Shown here: piece by piece, positions 17,612 to 25,471 of the stretch | Numbering within the stretch: position 1 is the stretch's first letter | Layout of the letters: every line of letters begins with the position of its first letter | Virus record (IMG/VR): IMGVR_UViG_3300012940_000092 | Coordinates: 1-26,918 of that record | Source of the DNA: a virus | Lineage: Duplodnaviria > Caudoviricetes | Direction: 5' to 3' (one strand) | DNA: 26,918 nt | Program-made: the position numbers and the translations under genes | Notes under the pieces: generated by a model | The model's input: the letters and a program-made list of their open reading frames with translations, nothing else | Databases searched by the model: none | What the model was told of the DNA's origin: nothing

Positions 17612-18427
17612 CTAGCTGGCGCCCTTGATGTCGGTCCAGCCGTCGCCCGCCACCCATTCGTAGTAGTACAGCGGGACCAGCTCGTCGGAGTCGGGGTTGT
17701 TGGGGTCCTTGCCGACGAAGTACGGATCAGGCAGCACCATGTAGCCCAGCGACCCGGCATCCGGATCAGTCTTGGACCGGCGGAACGAGCCGATGTCGTT
17801 GAGCTTGCACAGCGAGTAGCCCTCGGCGGTGTACAGGAACTTGCCCCGCTTGCGGCGCGCGAACATCAGGATGATCTGATACTCCGGCCCCTCGTTGTCG
17901 ACGGGCTTGCCGATGCCGAAGTCCTCGGTGCCGGGGTCCTCGACGATCGAGTTGCCGTCGGCGTCTGACAGGGCGAGGTTCATCCGCAGGCGCTTCATCA
18001 GCGGCTTGACGGTCTCGACCCCCGTGAAGTTGATCGAGATACCCTCGCTGGTCAGGTCCGAGTCGAACGGCATGTTCGACTGCAAGATCATCTGGTTGTC
18101 GTTCGAGATGTCCGGCGCTCGCTCCGGGCCACCGTCCTCGGTCAGCGCGCCGATCAGGTGGAAGCCCTCGTTCGGCTCGGGGTTGGTGATCCAGTCACCA
18201 TCCACCAGGATGTGCGCGAACAGGTCGTCGCGCGGCTGCCCGTCCTCGGCGAACGGCGACCAGTTGCGAACCGGCGGATTGCCGGGTGCCCAGGGGCTGA
18301 TGTTGGTGGCCGCGCCTCGGTTGTCGCGAATCAGGATGGCCGCAAGACCGCCCCGGTTGTTGAACCGGGAGTCGACGTTGCCGAAGCCACCTGCACGCCA
18401 GGTGGTACCAGTTGCGGGAATGCTCAT
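17612..18427 (-). CDS. Major tail protein (271 aa)
   Basis: Position between tail terminator and chaperones, GFHLIGALTEDGG motif, size, and RBS GAGGAAAGGG. Confidence 0.85.
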   Translation of the reverse strand: MSIPATGTTWRAGGFGNVDSRFNNRGGLAAILIRDNRGAATNISPWAPGNPPVRNWSPFAEDGQPRDDLFAHILVDGDWITNPEPNEGFHLIGALTEDGGPERAPDISNDNQMILQSNMPFDSDLTSEGISINFTGVETVKPLMKRLRMNLALSDADGNSIVEDPGTEDFGIGKPVDNEGPEYQIILMFARRKRGKFLYTAEGYSLCKLNDIGSFRRSKTDPDAGSLGYMVLPDPYFVGKDPNNPDSDELVPLYYYEWVAGDGWTDIKGAS

Positions 18428-18476
18428 TGTGGACGCCCTTTCCTCACGGTGAATACTATGCTATTCCGCTGCCGAT

Positions 18477-18872
18477 CTAGTCATAAGTCAGGCCGAATTG
18501 GTACCGCGCCACGTATGCGATGACGTTGTCGCTTTGATACTTCATCCGCCGTGGCGACTCGAAGACCCTCATCCAGTCGATAGTTGCATCTGCCTCCAAA
18601 GAGCGTCCCAGTAACAACATTCGACGATGCACGCGATCCTTGATATCGCGTGCGGCATCTTCGCCATTCTTCTTGTCGCACAGAATCATGAGCTGAACCA
18701 CCGGATCGGAGGTCGACTCATCGATACTCTCCTTGCCCGCCACCTGCTCCACGATGATGAACGGCAGCGGGTCGCCCGGTCTGCGAGTGTTGGCAGTCGG
18801 ATACTGTTGCAGCATCCACTGCACCGTCAGCGTCTCAGCGTCGAAGGGGCCGACATCCAGAATCTCGGTCAC
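18477..18872 (-). CDS. Tail terminator (131 aa)
   Basis: Synteny and the typical DAE...LPFIIVEQVAG...YVARY pattern. GTGA overlap. Confidence 0.75.
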   Translation of the reverse strand: MTEILDVGPFDAETLTVQWMLQQYPTANTRRPGDPLPFIIVEQVAGKESIDESTSDPVVQLMILCDKKNGEDAARDIKDRVHRRMLLLGRSLEADATIDWMRVFESPRRMKYQSDNVIAYVARYQFGLTYD

Positions 18873-19318
18873 GAGCCGGGAGTCCCCCCGAACGCTGCCG
18901 CTGTCTTGGCCGCGAACGCGTACGCCTCAGTGGGCGTGTTCCAGCCCCAGTGGTGTTCGCCATCCAGGTCCCACCAGTTGCCCTTGCTATTCGCCGGGTC
19001 GTAGTCCGGAGGGGTGCCGTACTCGAGATACTCGGCATTGTCGGCGGACGTCACCACGCGATGCTTCCAGTAGAACCGACCGCCGATCTTGCGGCCCATC
19101 TCGTCGACGGTGCCCGCTGCGTGCCGGGCGCGCTCAGACTCGATGTGAATCGAGTGCTTGTAGAAGCCGGTGGCGTAGCGGTCGCCCTCATCGGGCGCGA
19201 GAGCCTGCCAGAAGTCCCTCACCTCTTCGGCGTAGTCGAGCGACTTCTCCCAAATCTCGCTGTCACGCGACGCCTTCAGCTGAATCTCGTTGTGCAGCTG
19301 CGTCCGGTTCACCGGCAT
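18869..19318 (-). CDS. Neck / HK97 gp10-like head-tail protein (149 aa)
   Basis: YATGFYKHSI and AEYLEYGT motifs, RBS AGGAGG, synteny. Confidence 0.7.
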   Translation of the reverse strand: MPVNRTQLHNEIQLKASRDSEIWEKSLDYAEEVRDFWQALAPDEGDRYATGFYKHSIHIESERARHAAGTVDEMGRKIGGRFYWKHRVVTSADNAEYLEYGTPPDYDPANSKGNWWDLDGEHHWGWNTPTEAYAFAAKTAAAFGGTPGS

Positions 19319-19565
19319 CGGACACCTCCTCGGCCTCCTTGGCGGCAGACTTGTCCTTCTTGGCCTTGGCCGGGGTGTTCAACTGTTGAACACCCTTGGT
19401 CTTGGCGGGGGTGTTCAACAGTTGAACACCCTCAACGGGGGTGATGTAGCCCTCCAGTTCAGCGGCATCCTCATCGTCCAGGGAGACGATCTGACCGGGC
19501 ATCTTGTAGCGATAACCCGGCCCCACGGGGACGTAGCACTGGGCCACAACCTTGTACTGGCGCAC
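19263..19565 (-). CDS. Small hypothetical head-tail region protein (100 aa from GTG 19565)
   Basis: RBS AGAGGAG before GTG CGC CAG TAC. Folded-looking N-terminus and a low-complexity tail carrying two palindrome copies. Confidence 0.65.
   Translation of the reverse strand: MRQYKVVAQCYVPVGPGYRYKMPGQIVSLDDEDAAELEGYITPVEGVQLLNTPAKTKGVQQLNTPAKAKKDKSAAKEAEEVSDAGEPDAAAQRDSAEGVA
19373..19431. promoter_or_regulatory. Tandem palindromic sites, copies 5 and 6 (19373-19395, 19409-19431)
   Basis: Two perfect GGGTGTTCAAC-W-GTTGAACACCC sites, centres 36 bp apart, in coding sequence (GVQLLNTP...GVQQLNTP). Confidence 0.8.
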
Positions 19566-19575
19566 GCTGACTCCT

Positions 19576-19935
19576 CTATCCGATGTGCCTCTTCGAGTAG
19601 ATCGTAGCTTTGAAGGGCTTGGTGAAATCGTCGAAGCATTCGACGCCAGCAACAATGTCGTACTCGATGCCGTTGACGCGAATCGTGTCGTCGGGCTGGG
19701 CCGCGACCAGCTTGGCGTACAGGTCGTCGTCGTACTCGTGCGTCGGGATTGTCGACTTCCAGATTTGGGTGGCCACGTCGAACGACAGCTCGACGGACTC
19801 CTTGAAGGTCAGCGGTCGGTGTCGGCAGCCGGGCAGATCGACGGTCTGCTCGATGACCGGGTAGGTGCCCAACTCTCCGGGGGTGCTGCCCTTGACGTGC
19901 TGCACCAGCGTAATGGTGATGTGGCCGAACGACAT
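19576..19935 (-). CDS. Head-to-tail stopper (119 aa)
   Basis: Synteny after the adaptor and the PGCRHRP...DTIRVNGIEYDIVAG pattern of SPP1 gp16-like stoppers. Confidence 0.75.
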   Translation of the reverse strand: MSFGHITITLVQHVKGSTPGELGTYPVIEQTVDLPGCRHRPLTFKESVELSFDVATQIWKSTIPTHEYDDDLYAKLVAAQPDDTIRVNGIEYDIVAGVECFDDFTKPFKATIYSKRHIG

Positions 19936-19937
19936 GG

Positions 19938-20006
19938 CTACTTCGGGAACATCGTGAACTTATCGCAGCCGGTCGCGGCCACAACGCCTTCGACAGTGAC
20001 GGCCAT
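19938..20006 (-). CDS. 22-aa mini-ORF (MAVTVEGVVAATGCDKFTMFPK), possible gene remnant
   Basis: Strong RBS AGGAGG 4 nt before the ATG. Fills the adaptor-stopper gap and stops 2 nt before the stopper ATG. Confidence 0.5.
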   Translation of the reverse strand: MAVTVEGVVAATGCDKFTMFPK

Positions 20007-20014
20007 CAGTCCTC

Positions 20015-20620
20015 CTACAGGAACTCGACGGGCGGCAAGGTGTAGTTGCACATGACGTTCTTGACCGACGCCAACGCCTGGTCGGCCAGCGCCGCGTACG
20101 GATCGGCCCAGCGGTAAGTCACGTCATCGACCTTCTTGGCCACCAGTTCCAACTCGCCACGACCGGAGAGTTGCGCCTGCCCCATCTGATCGACCATCGA
20201 CAGCACGGCGTACCGCCAGTCAGCAGCCTCCGTGTCGTCGTAGCCGTGGGTCAAAACCACTTCGATGGACTGGTAGAACGACGTCCACCAGCCGTTGGAC
20301 CTCTTGCGAACGCCGACCGGGCGCGACAGCGCGCCGGGTGGACCGCCCGCAGACCAGCCCACTGAGGACGGATCGATGAGAACGCCGTCCTCGGTGATGC
20401 TGGTCAGGGCGACGACCCGCCGGGTGGGCAGCATGAGGATTCTGCTGCCCGGCCCGTCGAGCGTCAGTGCATCGTCGATGCGAATGGGGTTCACATGCCA
20501 GCCGCAGTGCTGCCGCGCTGCGTTCAGCGCTGCGGCCAGGAGTTTCTCAGTCTCAGGATCGTTCGCCTTGAGCCGCCCCTTCGTGAACGACTCGACATCG
20601 TCGGCGTTCAACTCGGGCAT
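20015..20620 (-). CDS. Head-to-tail adaptor (201 aa)
   Basis: ARQHCGWHV, TLDGPGSRILMLP and VVLTHGY motifs typical of actinophage adaptors. RBS TAGGAG. Confidence 0.85.
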   Translation of the reverse strand: MPELNADDVESFTKGRLKANDPETEKLLAAALNAARQHCGWHVNPIRIDDALTLDGPGSRILMLPTRRVVALTSITEDGVLIDPSSVGWSAGGPPGALSRPVGVRKRSNGWWTSFYQSIEVVLTHGYDDTEAADWRYAVLSMVDQMGQAQLSGRGELELVAKKVDDVTYRWADPYAALADQALASVKNVMCNYTLPPVEFL

Positions 20621-20627
20621 GAGACTC

Positions 20628-20831
20628 CTACAGGGTCGGCTTGGCAGCCGTCTTCAATTCGGCTGCCGGGGCGACGGGTTCCTTCGACTTGGACTCGTCC
20701 GCAGGCTCGCTCTTCTGCTCACCCTTGGGCTTGCGCACTGCCTTCTTGGCGGAGGTCTGGAGTCGGGCCAGCTCCTCGTGGTTGACTGACCCGACTCCGA
20801 CGACCTCGCCGCGTCGAACGTAGGTCCGCAT
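20628..20831 (-). CDS. Small hypothetical protein after capsid (67 aa)
   Basis: TAATG overlap with the capsid stop and fills the gap. Lys/Glu/Pro-rich tail. Confidence 0.65.
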   Translation of the reverse strand: MRTYVRRGEVVGVGSVNHEELARLQTSAKKAVRKPKGEQKSEPADESKSKEPVAPAAELKTAAKPTL

Positions 20832-22063
20832 TACGAGCGCACCAGTGGAACGATCGCGTCCTCGTTGACCACCAGGGTCGAGAAGTACCCGGCGTAGGCG
20901 ACCTGGAGGCCGAACACCGATGGCTCCACGACCTGGAGGGTACCGACGCGCTGCTCGAACGCCTCGACAGCCGCCGTCGAGAACAGGTAGGCGTCACCCG
21001 GCGCCAGACCGGCGGACATGACCACCGAGATGCCGGAGATGGTGCCCATCTGCCCCTGCGCGAAGTTGCCAGCGTTGAAGCCCGGCGACTGCGCGTTCTG
21101 CGGATTCACCGGGGCGAACAGCGGCCCGAAGTCACCGAGCACATCCGGCGCGATGGCCAGCACCAGGCGACCCTGGCCCTTGACTGCGGTGTAAACCGTG
21201 CCGACGGCCTCCCACAGAGCTTGCGCCACCAGGTCGGCGGTCGGGACAGCGCCGTAGGAGATGGCCGGGGTGCTGGTGCTGGCGAGAGCCTCGCCAACCA
21301 GGGCCTCGGTCTCGATGGCGTACTGCTGACCCAGGCCGTTGACCACCAGGTCCAGCGCCGACGGCGACGAGAAGTCGATCGCCTGCCGCGACACGTTGAC
21401 GTAGCCGCCGAGGGTCTTGGCGTTGACGGTCAGCCGGTCGATGACCATCTTCTGGCTGGTCAGTTCCGACTTCTCGTCAGCCGGTCCGCCGTCGGTGCCT
21501 TGCAGGCCGACCGCCGGATGCTGGGTGACGATCGGGCGGTAGAAGGTCGCGTTGTTCAGCGGCAGGGTGCCCAGGGTGGACACCAGCGGGCGAGCCGAGT
21601 CGATGAAGTCGATGACCGGACCGACGATCGGATCAGGGATCACGCCCAGCGAGTCCGAGGTGCGCTGGTGGTCGGCGGCGCGCGAGTAAACCTCGAGCCG
21701 CTCAGCGGCAGCCTGGTTGCCCTGCGCGCTGTTCCACATGTCGAGCATGTACTCGCCAACCGAGCGATACTCGACCTCGTCCTTGGGGGGCTGACCGCGC
21801 ATGGCCTGGATGGCCGCGTCGACCGCGCGACCCTTGCTGCGGGTCTCGAAGGCGATGCGGTTCACCTCCTGGGCCTGCTCCATCTGGTCCTTGATCTGCT
21901 CCATGCGGCCCCGGCATTCGGCGACCATCTTGCCCTCTTCCTCGTTGATGTCACGATTCGAGGCGTTGGCGCGCTCATAGATGCCGCGGACCAGGGACTC
22001 CTTCTCGCGGAGTTCGTTTTCCAGGCGACGGATGTACTCGTCGCTCGATGCGATGTTGCTCAT
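20831..22063 (-). CDS. Major capsid protein, HK97 fold with N-terminal coiled-coil scaffold (delta) domain (410 aa)
   Basis: Coiled-coil N-terminus, PIVGPVIDFIDSARP and KTLGGYVNVSRQAID motifs. ATG 22063 has RBS AAGGAG. Confidence 0.92.
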   Translation of the reverse strand: MSNIASSDEYIRRLENELREKESLVRGIYERANASNRDINEEEGKMVAECRGRMEQIKDQMEQAQEVNRIAFETRSKGRAVDAAIQAMRGQPPKDEVEYRSVGEYMLDMWNSAQGNQAAAERLEVYSRAADHQRTSDSLGVIPDPIVGPVIDFIDSARPLVSTLGTLPLNNATFYRPIVTQHPAVGLQGTDGGPADEKSELTSQKMVIDRLTVNAKTLGGYVNVSRQAIDFSSPSALDLVVNGLGQQYAIETEALVGEALASTSTPAISYGAVPTADLVAQALWEAVGTVYTAVKGQGRLVLAIAPDVLGDFGPLFAPVNPQNAQSPGFNAGNFAQGQMGTISGISVVMSAGLAPGDAYLFSTAAVEAFEQRVGTLQVVEPSVFGLQVAYAGYFSTLVVNEDAIVPLVRS

Positions 22064-22108
22064 CAGAGTTGCTCCTTGGAGGTATGGAAGCCGTCTGCTT
22101 TCACCCAA

Positions 22109-22160
22109 CAGCCCTCTCGGCTAGCGAGACCGAACTCCGGTCAGCCCTCTCGGCCAGCGA
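22109..22160 (-). promoter_or_regulatory. Direct-repeat / triple-hairpin element in the capsid 5' leader
   Basis: cagccctctcggc[t/c]agcga at 22109-22127 and 22142-22160, flanking the inverted repeat gaccg-aactc-cggtc. Confidence 0.55.
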
Positions 22161-22203
22161 AGATCATGCGATCTTTACGAGGCCCAAGATTAACATGACA
22201 AAC

Positions 22204-22419
22204 ATGACATCCCCCGCGAAAGACCCGTTGGCACTCAGGTCCGAAACCTCGTCCTTCACCCCTGGTAGTAGGGCGCAGAATCAGTCGGCGGGCAAACCCG
22301 ACTACAAGGTGATCGCGCTACAGGCAGCGGTGTCGATACTGCGGGGTGCCGGTCCACGGCCCCGCAAGCAGGAGGTCGTGGACATGGCCAAGGCGTTCCA
22401 CGACTTCCTGACCGGCTAA
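22204..22419 (+). CDS. Small antisense hypothetical protein (71 aa), probably leaderless
   Basis: Fills otherwise empty space. -10-like TAACAT (22191-22196) lies 7 nt before ATG 22204. Amphipathic helical C-terminus. Stop overlaps the convergent GT2 stop. Confidence 0.6.
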   Translation: MTSPAKDPLALRSETSSFTPGSRAQNQSAGKPDYKVIALQAAVSILRGAGPRPRKQEVVDMAKAFHDFLTG

Positions 22420-23087
22420 TTCAGCGTCCACTCTTTCGCGGCAGCGATGACCTGCTGCCGCGCCTGGCGCAGCTCTTCGCGAGTCCACCGGCTGTGCACG
22501 GAGTCCCGATGCATCCGGCGAACGAAGGTCGGCTTATCGACGGGCACGATCCGCGCGCCCAGGTGAGCCAGCCCGATCCAGAACGTGGTGTCGATCCAGT
22601 CGTTGCGGGTGTGCCAGGGCCGCTGTCGCCAGTACCTGAGCCGGAACGCCCCGCACGACAGCACGCAATGCTTGGCCCGCAGCACGTTTTCCCTGCTGGC
22701 ATGCGGGAACAGTTGCGGCTTGCCGTCGACGAGTGCGCCGGGCGCGATGACGTCGGCCTGGTCTTGCAGCCGCATGTAAGTCTCGATGGCGTCGGGCAGC
22801 AGGGTGTCGTCGGTGTCGAGGTGCATCCCCCACTCGGTGGTGGCGGACCGGAAAGGCGCGTTGCGCGCCGAGCCGAATCCCTCGTAGGTGACCCTGCTGA
22901 GCACGACAGGCACGCCCGCCGACTCCAGGATGCGCGCAGCCTTGTCGATGTAGCCGGGTTCGTTCAAGCCCGCGTCGGCGATGCTCGCGTACCGGGGCTT
23001 GACGGTCTGAGCGGCGATCGACTCAGCCCATTCGGGCAGGTACTTGCCGTAGTCGCCCCAGCAGCCGGTACCGACGGTGATGTCCAT
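22416..23087 (-). CDS. Glycosyltransferase family 2 (223 aa)
   Basis: YLPEWAESIAAQT, GFGSARN and HLDTDD (DxD) motifs. TGATG coupling to the methyltransferase places the start at 23087. Confidence 0.88.
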   Translation of the reverse strand: MDITVGTGCWGDYGKYLPEWAESIAAQTVKPRYASIADAGLNEPGYIDKAARILESAGVPVVLSRVTYEGFGSARNAPFRSATTEWGMHLDTDDTLLPDAIETYMRLQDQADVIAPGALVDGKPQLFPHASRENVLRAKHCVLSCGAFRLRYWRQRPWHTRNDWIDTTFWIGLAHLGARIVPVDKPTFVRRMHRDSVHSRWTREELRQARQQVIAAAKEWTLN

Positions 23088-23620
23088 CAGCACTCCACCA
23101 CCCACAGGGGCCGCTGATAGTTGGCGTCATAGCCGGGCGTGTAGGTGAGCACCCGCGCACCGGTGGCTTCGACGGCAGCGTGGATCGCAGCCGAATGCTG
23201 GTGCTGGCTGGCCTTGGGCAGCACCTCGTCAGGGTTGGCGGTTTCGATGAACACTGTCGGCGCAGCGGCCAGCAGCGCGTCAAGCATCTCGCGCCACTGC
23301 TCGACGTGATGCAGCACCGACAGGCACAGTGCCACGTCGAAGGTGCCGAGTCCACGCACCTCGCTCGGTGTCAGTCGGCGCTTGAGGATCTCCACGCCGG
23401 GGGAGTGTTCAAGTGTTGAACAGTTGTCGACGGCCAGGCATCGGGCGCCGAAGTCCTCAACCAGCCGCCGCGAGAAGTAGCCGATGTAGGCGCCGAAGTC
23501 CAGCACAGTGAACCCGGTCCGACCCGCGAGGTGGTCGGCTATGGCGCGGTACCGCGAGTCGGAGTCGCGCCGCCCTGGCCTGACCTGTCTGCCGTCAATC
23601 CATACTGGCTGGTAGCTCAC
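23087..23620 (-). CDS. Class I SAM-dependent methyltransferase, WbdD-like (177 aa)
   Basis: VLDFGAYIGYFS (motif I) and FDVALCLSVLHHV. GTG start with GGGGG RBS. Confidence 0.88.
   Translation of the reverse strand: MSYQPVWIDGRQVRPGRRDSDSRYRAIADHLAGRTGFTVLDFGAYIGYFSRRLVEDFGARCLAVDNCSTLEHSPGVEILKRRLTPSEVRGLGTFDVALCLSVLHHVEQWREMLDALLAAAPTVFIETANPDEVLPKASQHQHSAAIHAAVEATGARVLTYTPGYDANYQRPLWVVEC
23406..23422. promoter_or_regulatory. Degenerate palindrome copy (TGTTCAAGTGTTGAACA, 1 mismatch)
   Basis: 7-bp arms intact, inside the methyltransferase gene. Confidence 0.55.
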
Positions 23621-24113
23621 TGATCCCCCAGACCGTCTTGAGTGATTTCTTGTGCTCGGCCCCCAGCCACATCCGGTAGTGCGGGAACCGTAGATGGATG
23701 TCGGGTGCGGGAACTCCAGACGAGTCCGGACCGTGCAGGTCGTAGGACTTGTGGCCGGGCATCCGGATCGCAGTCTCCCAGTCGATCAGCAGCGGGCCGT
23801 CGGGGGCCTGCACGACGTTCTCGATGTGCACGTCGCGGTGGTGGATGCCCTCAGCTTCCAGCCTGCGCAGCAGGTTGACGATCTCACCGATGGGCCGGTA
23901 GTCGGGCAGCTCGATGCACGGCGGGTAGTAGCGGGTGACCATGACGCCCTTGTCGAGGTCGGCGTCGATCAACTCGGGGTGGGCGTAGTCGAGGTCCTGG
24001 TACCAGCGAATCTCTCGGGCTGCGGTGTCGACGTCCTTGTAGTACTTCGTCACCAGACCCCGCCCCCGGTCGATGACGAGGATGGAACGGGTCTTGGTGA
24101 TGTGACTCAACAA
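23595..24113 (-). CDS. Small protein-kinase-like (Kdo/WaaP/RIO/APH fold) phosphotransferase (about 172 aa)
   Basis: VTKYY (beta3 Lys), AAREI (alphaC Glu), HHRDVHIENVV catalytic loop and LIDWE metal-binding motif. Start uncertain (TTG 24113 or 24110). Confidence 0.82.
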   Translation of the reverse strand: MLSHITKTRSILVIDRGRGLVTKYYKDVDTAAREIRWYQDLDYAHPELIDADLDKGVMVTRYYPPCIELPDYRPIGEIVNLLRRLEAEGIHHRDVHIENVVQAPDGPLLIDWETAIRMPGHKSYDLHGPDSSGVPAPDIHLRFPHYRMWLGAEHKKSLKTVWGISELPASMD

Positions 24114-24123
24114 GTCGACCGGG

Positions 24124-24801
24124 TCAGCTGCCGCTGTTACGGACCCGCTCCGACGCCCACTTGAGGATCGGGTCGTTGAGAAACTCGTCCATGCGCGGGG
24201 TTGGCGACAGCACCTGCTCTTCGGCGGCCGCCGGGTCGCTGGACCGCATGGCCAGAATCTTGGCCCCCTCGTAGGCGGGCTGGCCCACGAACGCCAGATG
24301 ATCCAGGAATGCGCGGTTGACGCGCCGCAGCTTGCGGTACCGATCCAGTTCCTGGTCGAACTTGGGGTTCTTGACCATGAAACCGATGCTCGGCCACAGC
24401 GCCTCGTCGCGCGCCAGTTCGAGAGTCTCGTCGCCCATGTCGGTGCGACTGATCTTGATCTCGCTGACCAGACCGGCCTCATGGTAGGGGTTGGACGACA
24501 CCACGCGGCCAACCACCCGCGCGCCCCGGTGATCCGGCGCGGGAATCTCCAGCGCGGCGGTGGCCGGAATCTTGCGGGTCTGCGACTCGATGCCGTTGAA
24601 CGCGCTGCGCGAGAACACCTCGTCCCAAACTTCGTTGCGGAACGGCACCTTGGTCGCCTGCTCGTAGGGGACGGCGAGCACGGTGATGATCCGCTGACCG
24701 AAGTCGACGCCGTCAATGCGGACGCCCTCGGACCGGGTTTCAATCATCGGGGTCATGCTGCGATCCTCGTCGTTGGCGGGGTTCTTCGGGTCGTCAGCCA
24801 T
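24124..24801 (-). CDS. Capsid maturation (prohead) protease, HK97 family (225 aa)
   Basis: LAVPY, EVFSRSAF, DH, SIGF and LAFVGQPAYEGAKI motifs. RBS GAAAGGTG. Confidence 0.9.
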   Translation of the reverse strand: MADDPKNPANDEDRSMTPMIETRSEGVRIDGVDFGQRIITVLAVPYEQATKVPFRNEVWDEVFSRSAFNGIESQTRKIPATAALEIPAPDHRGARVVGRVVSSNPYHEAGLVSEIKISRTDMGDETLELARDEALWPSIGFMVKNPKFDQELDRYRKLRRVNRAFLDHLAFVGQPAYEGAKILAMRSSDPAAAEEQVLSPTPRMDEFLNDPILKWASERVRNSGS

Positions 24802-24844
24802 CAGGTCACCTTTCGACTTCTTGGTCAGATTACCGCAGCGTGGT

Positions 24845-25471
24845 CTATATCATGACCATCATCTTGTCGCGCCATTCTTCGCGCGTACCGAATCTCCACG
24901 CTTTCCTGGGCGCTCTGGTGTACCGCGTGACCAGGCTCTTGCCGTCATCGTGGTCGACCAGCGAGGGAATGCTGTAGCTGACGCGGTGCCCCTCGCGGCG
25001 CGCCCACAGCGACAGCGCGCGGTCAATCGGGCGAGTGTTGTCCTTGGGCAGGCTGGCGGTCAGCGACGGCAGCAGTTCGCCGCGCACCGCCAGCGCCACC
25101 GCGTGCAGGATGCGCCCGTTGGTGACCAGCCAGTTGGCCCGCTGCACGTCCAGCCGGGCCAAGGTGGCCTCGATGTAGCGGTCCTCGATGTAGCCGCGCC
25201 CCAGATAGAACGACACGATGGGGGTCGGCGCCACGGCCAGCGCAGCGAGGGCTTGGTCGCGGAACCCGTCGACGGGCACCGCATCGTCCTCCAGCACCAG
25301 GTTCCAGTCAGCCGGTTCCTGTGCATGGAGCTGCCACACCTGGCGGTGATTCCAGGTACAGCCCCGCGCGGCCTCGTCGAGGCTGAGGCAGTCGGCTTCG
25401 ACCGCAGTGCTCAGCCGCTCGCCCATGTCACCACGGCGAACGTCTGCCACCACCCCGATCCGCAGACTCAT
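24845..25471 (-). CDS. Glycosyltransferase (GT25-like, 208 aa)
   Basis: GCTWNH, WNLVLEDDA and PSLVDH motifs. ATGA overlap gives start 25471. Confidence 0.8.
   Translation of the reverse strand: MSLRIGVVADVRRGDMGERLSTAVEADCLSLDEAARGCTWNHRQVWQLHAQEPADWNLVLEDDAVPVDGFRDQALAALAVAPTPIVSFYLGRGYIEDRYIEATLARLDVQRANWLVTNGRILHAVALAVRGELLPSLTASLPKDNTRPIDRALSLWARREGHRVSYSIPSLVDHDDGKSLVTRYTRAPRKAWRFGTREEWRDKMMVMI

Noticed and set aside
18428-18500. AT-rich gap with TAGCAT/TAGTAT as a promoter for the major tail gene
   Set aside because: Only -10-like hexamers and no convincing -35 at proper spacing. Too weak to call.
3373-19431. Palindromic repeats as a CRISPR array, terminators or LexA boxes
   Set aside because: Copies are dispersed over kilobases without regular spacers and no cas gene is present. 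There are no U-tracts. Arm order and spacing differ from the mycobacterial SOS box (TCGAAC-N4-GTTCGA).
24114-24743. Long upstream extension of the kinase ORF overlapping the protease (possible frameshift fusion)
   Set aside because: The extension is Arg/Ser/Pro-rich shadow-frame sequence typical of high-GC DNA and no slippery site is evident.
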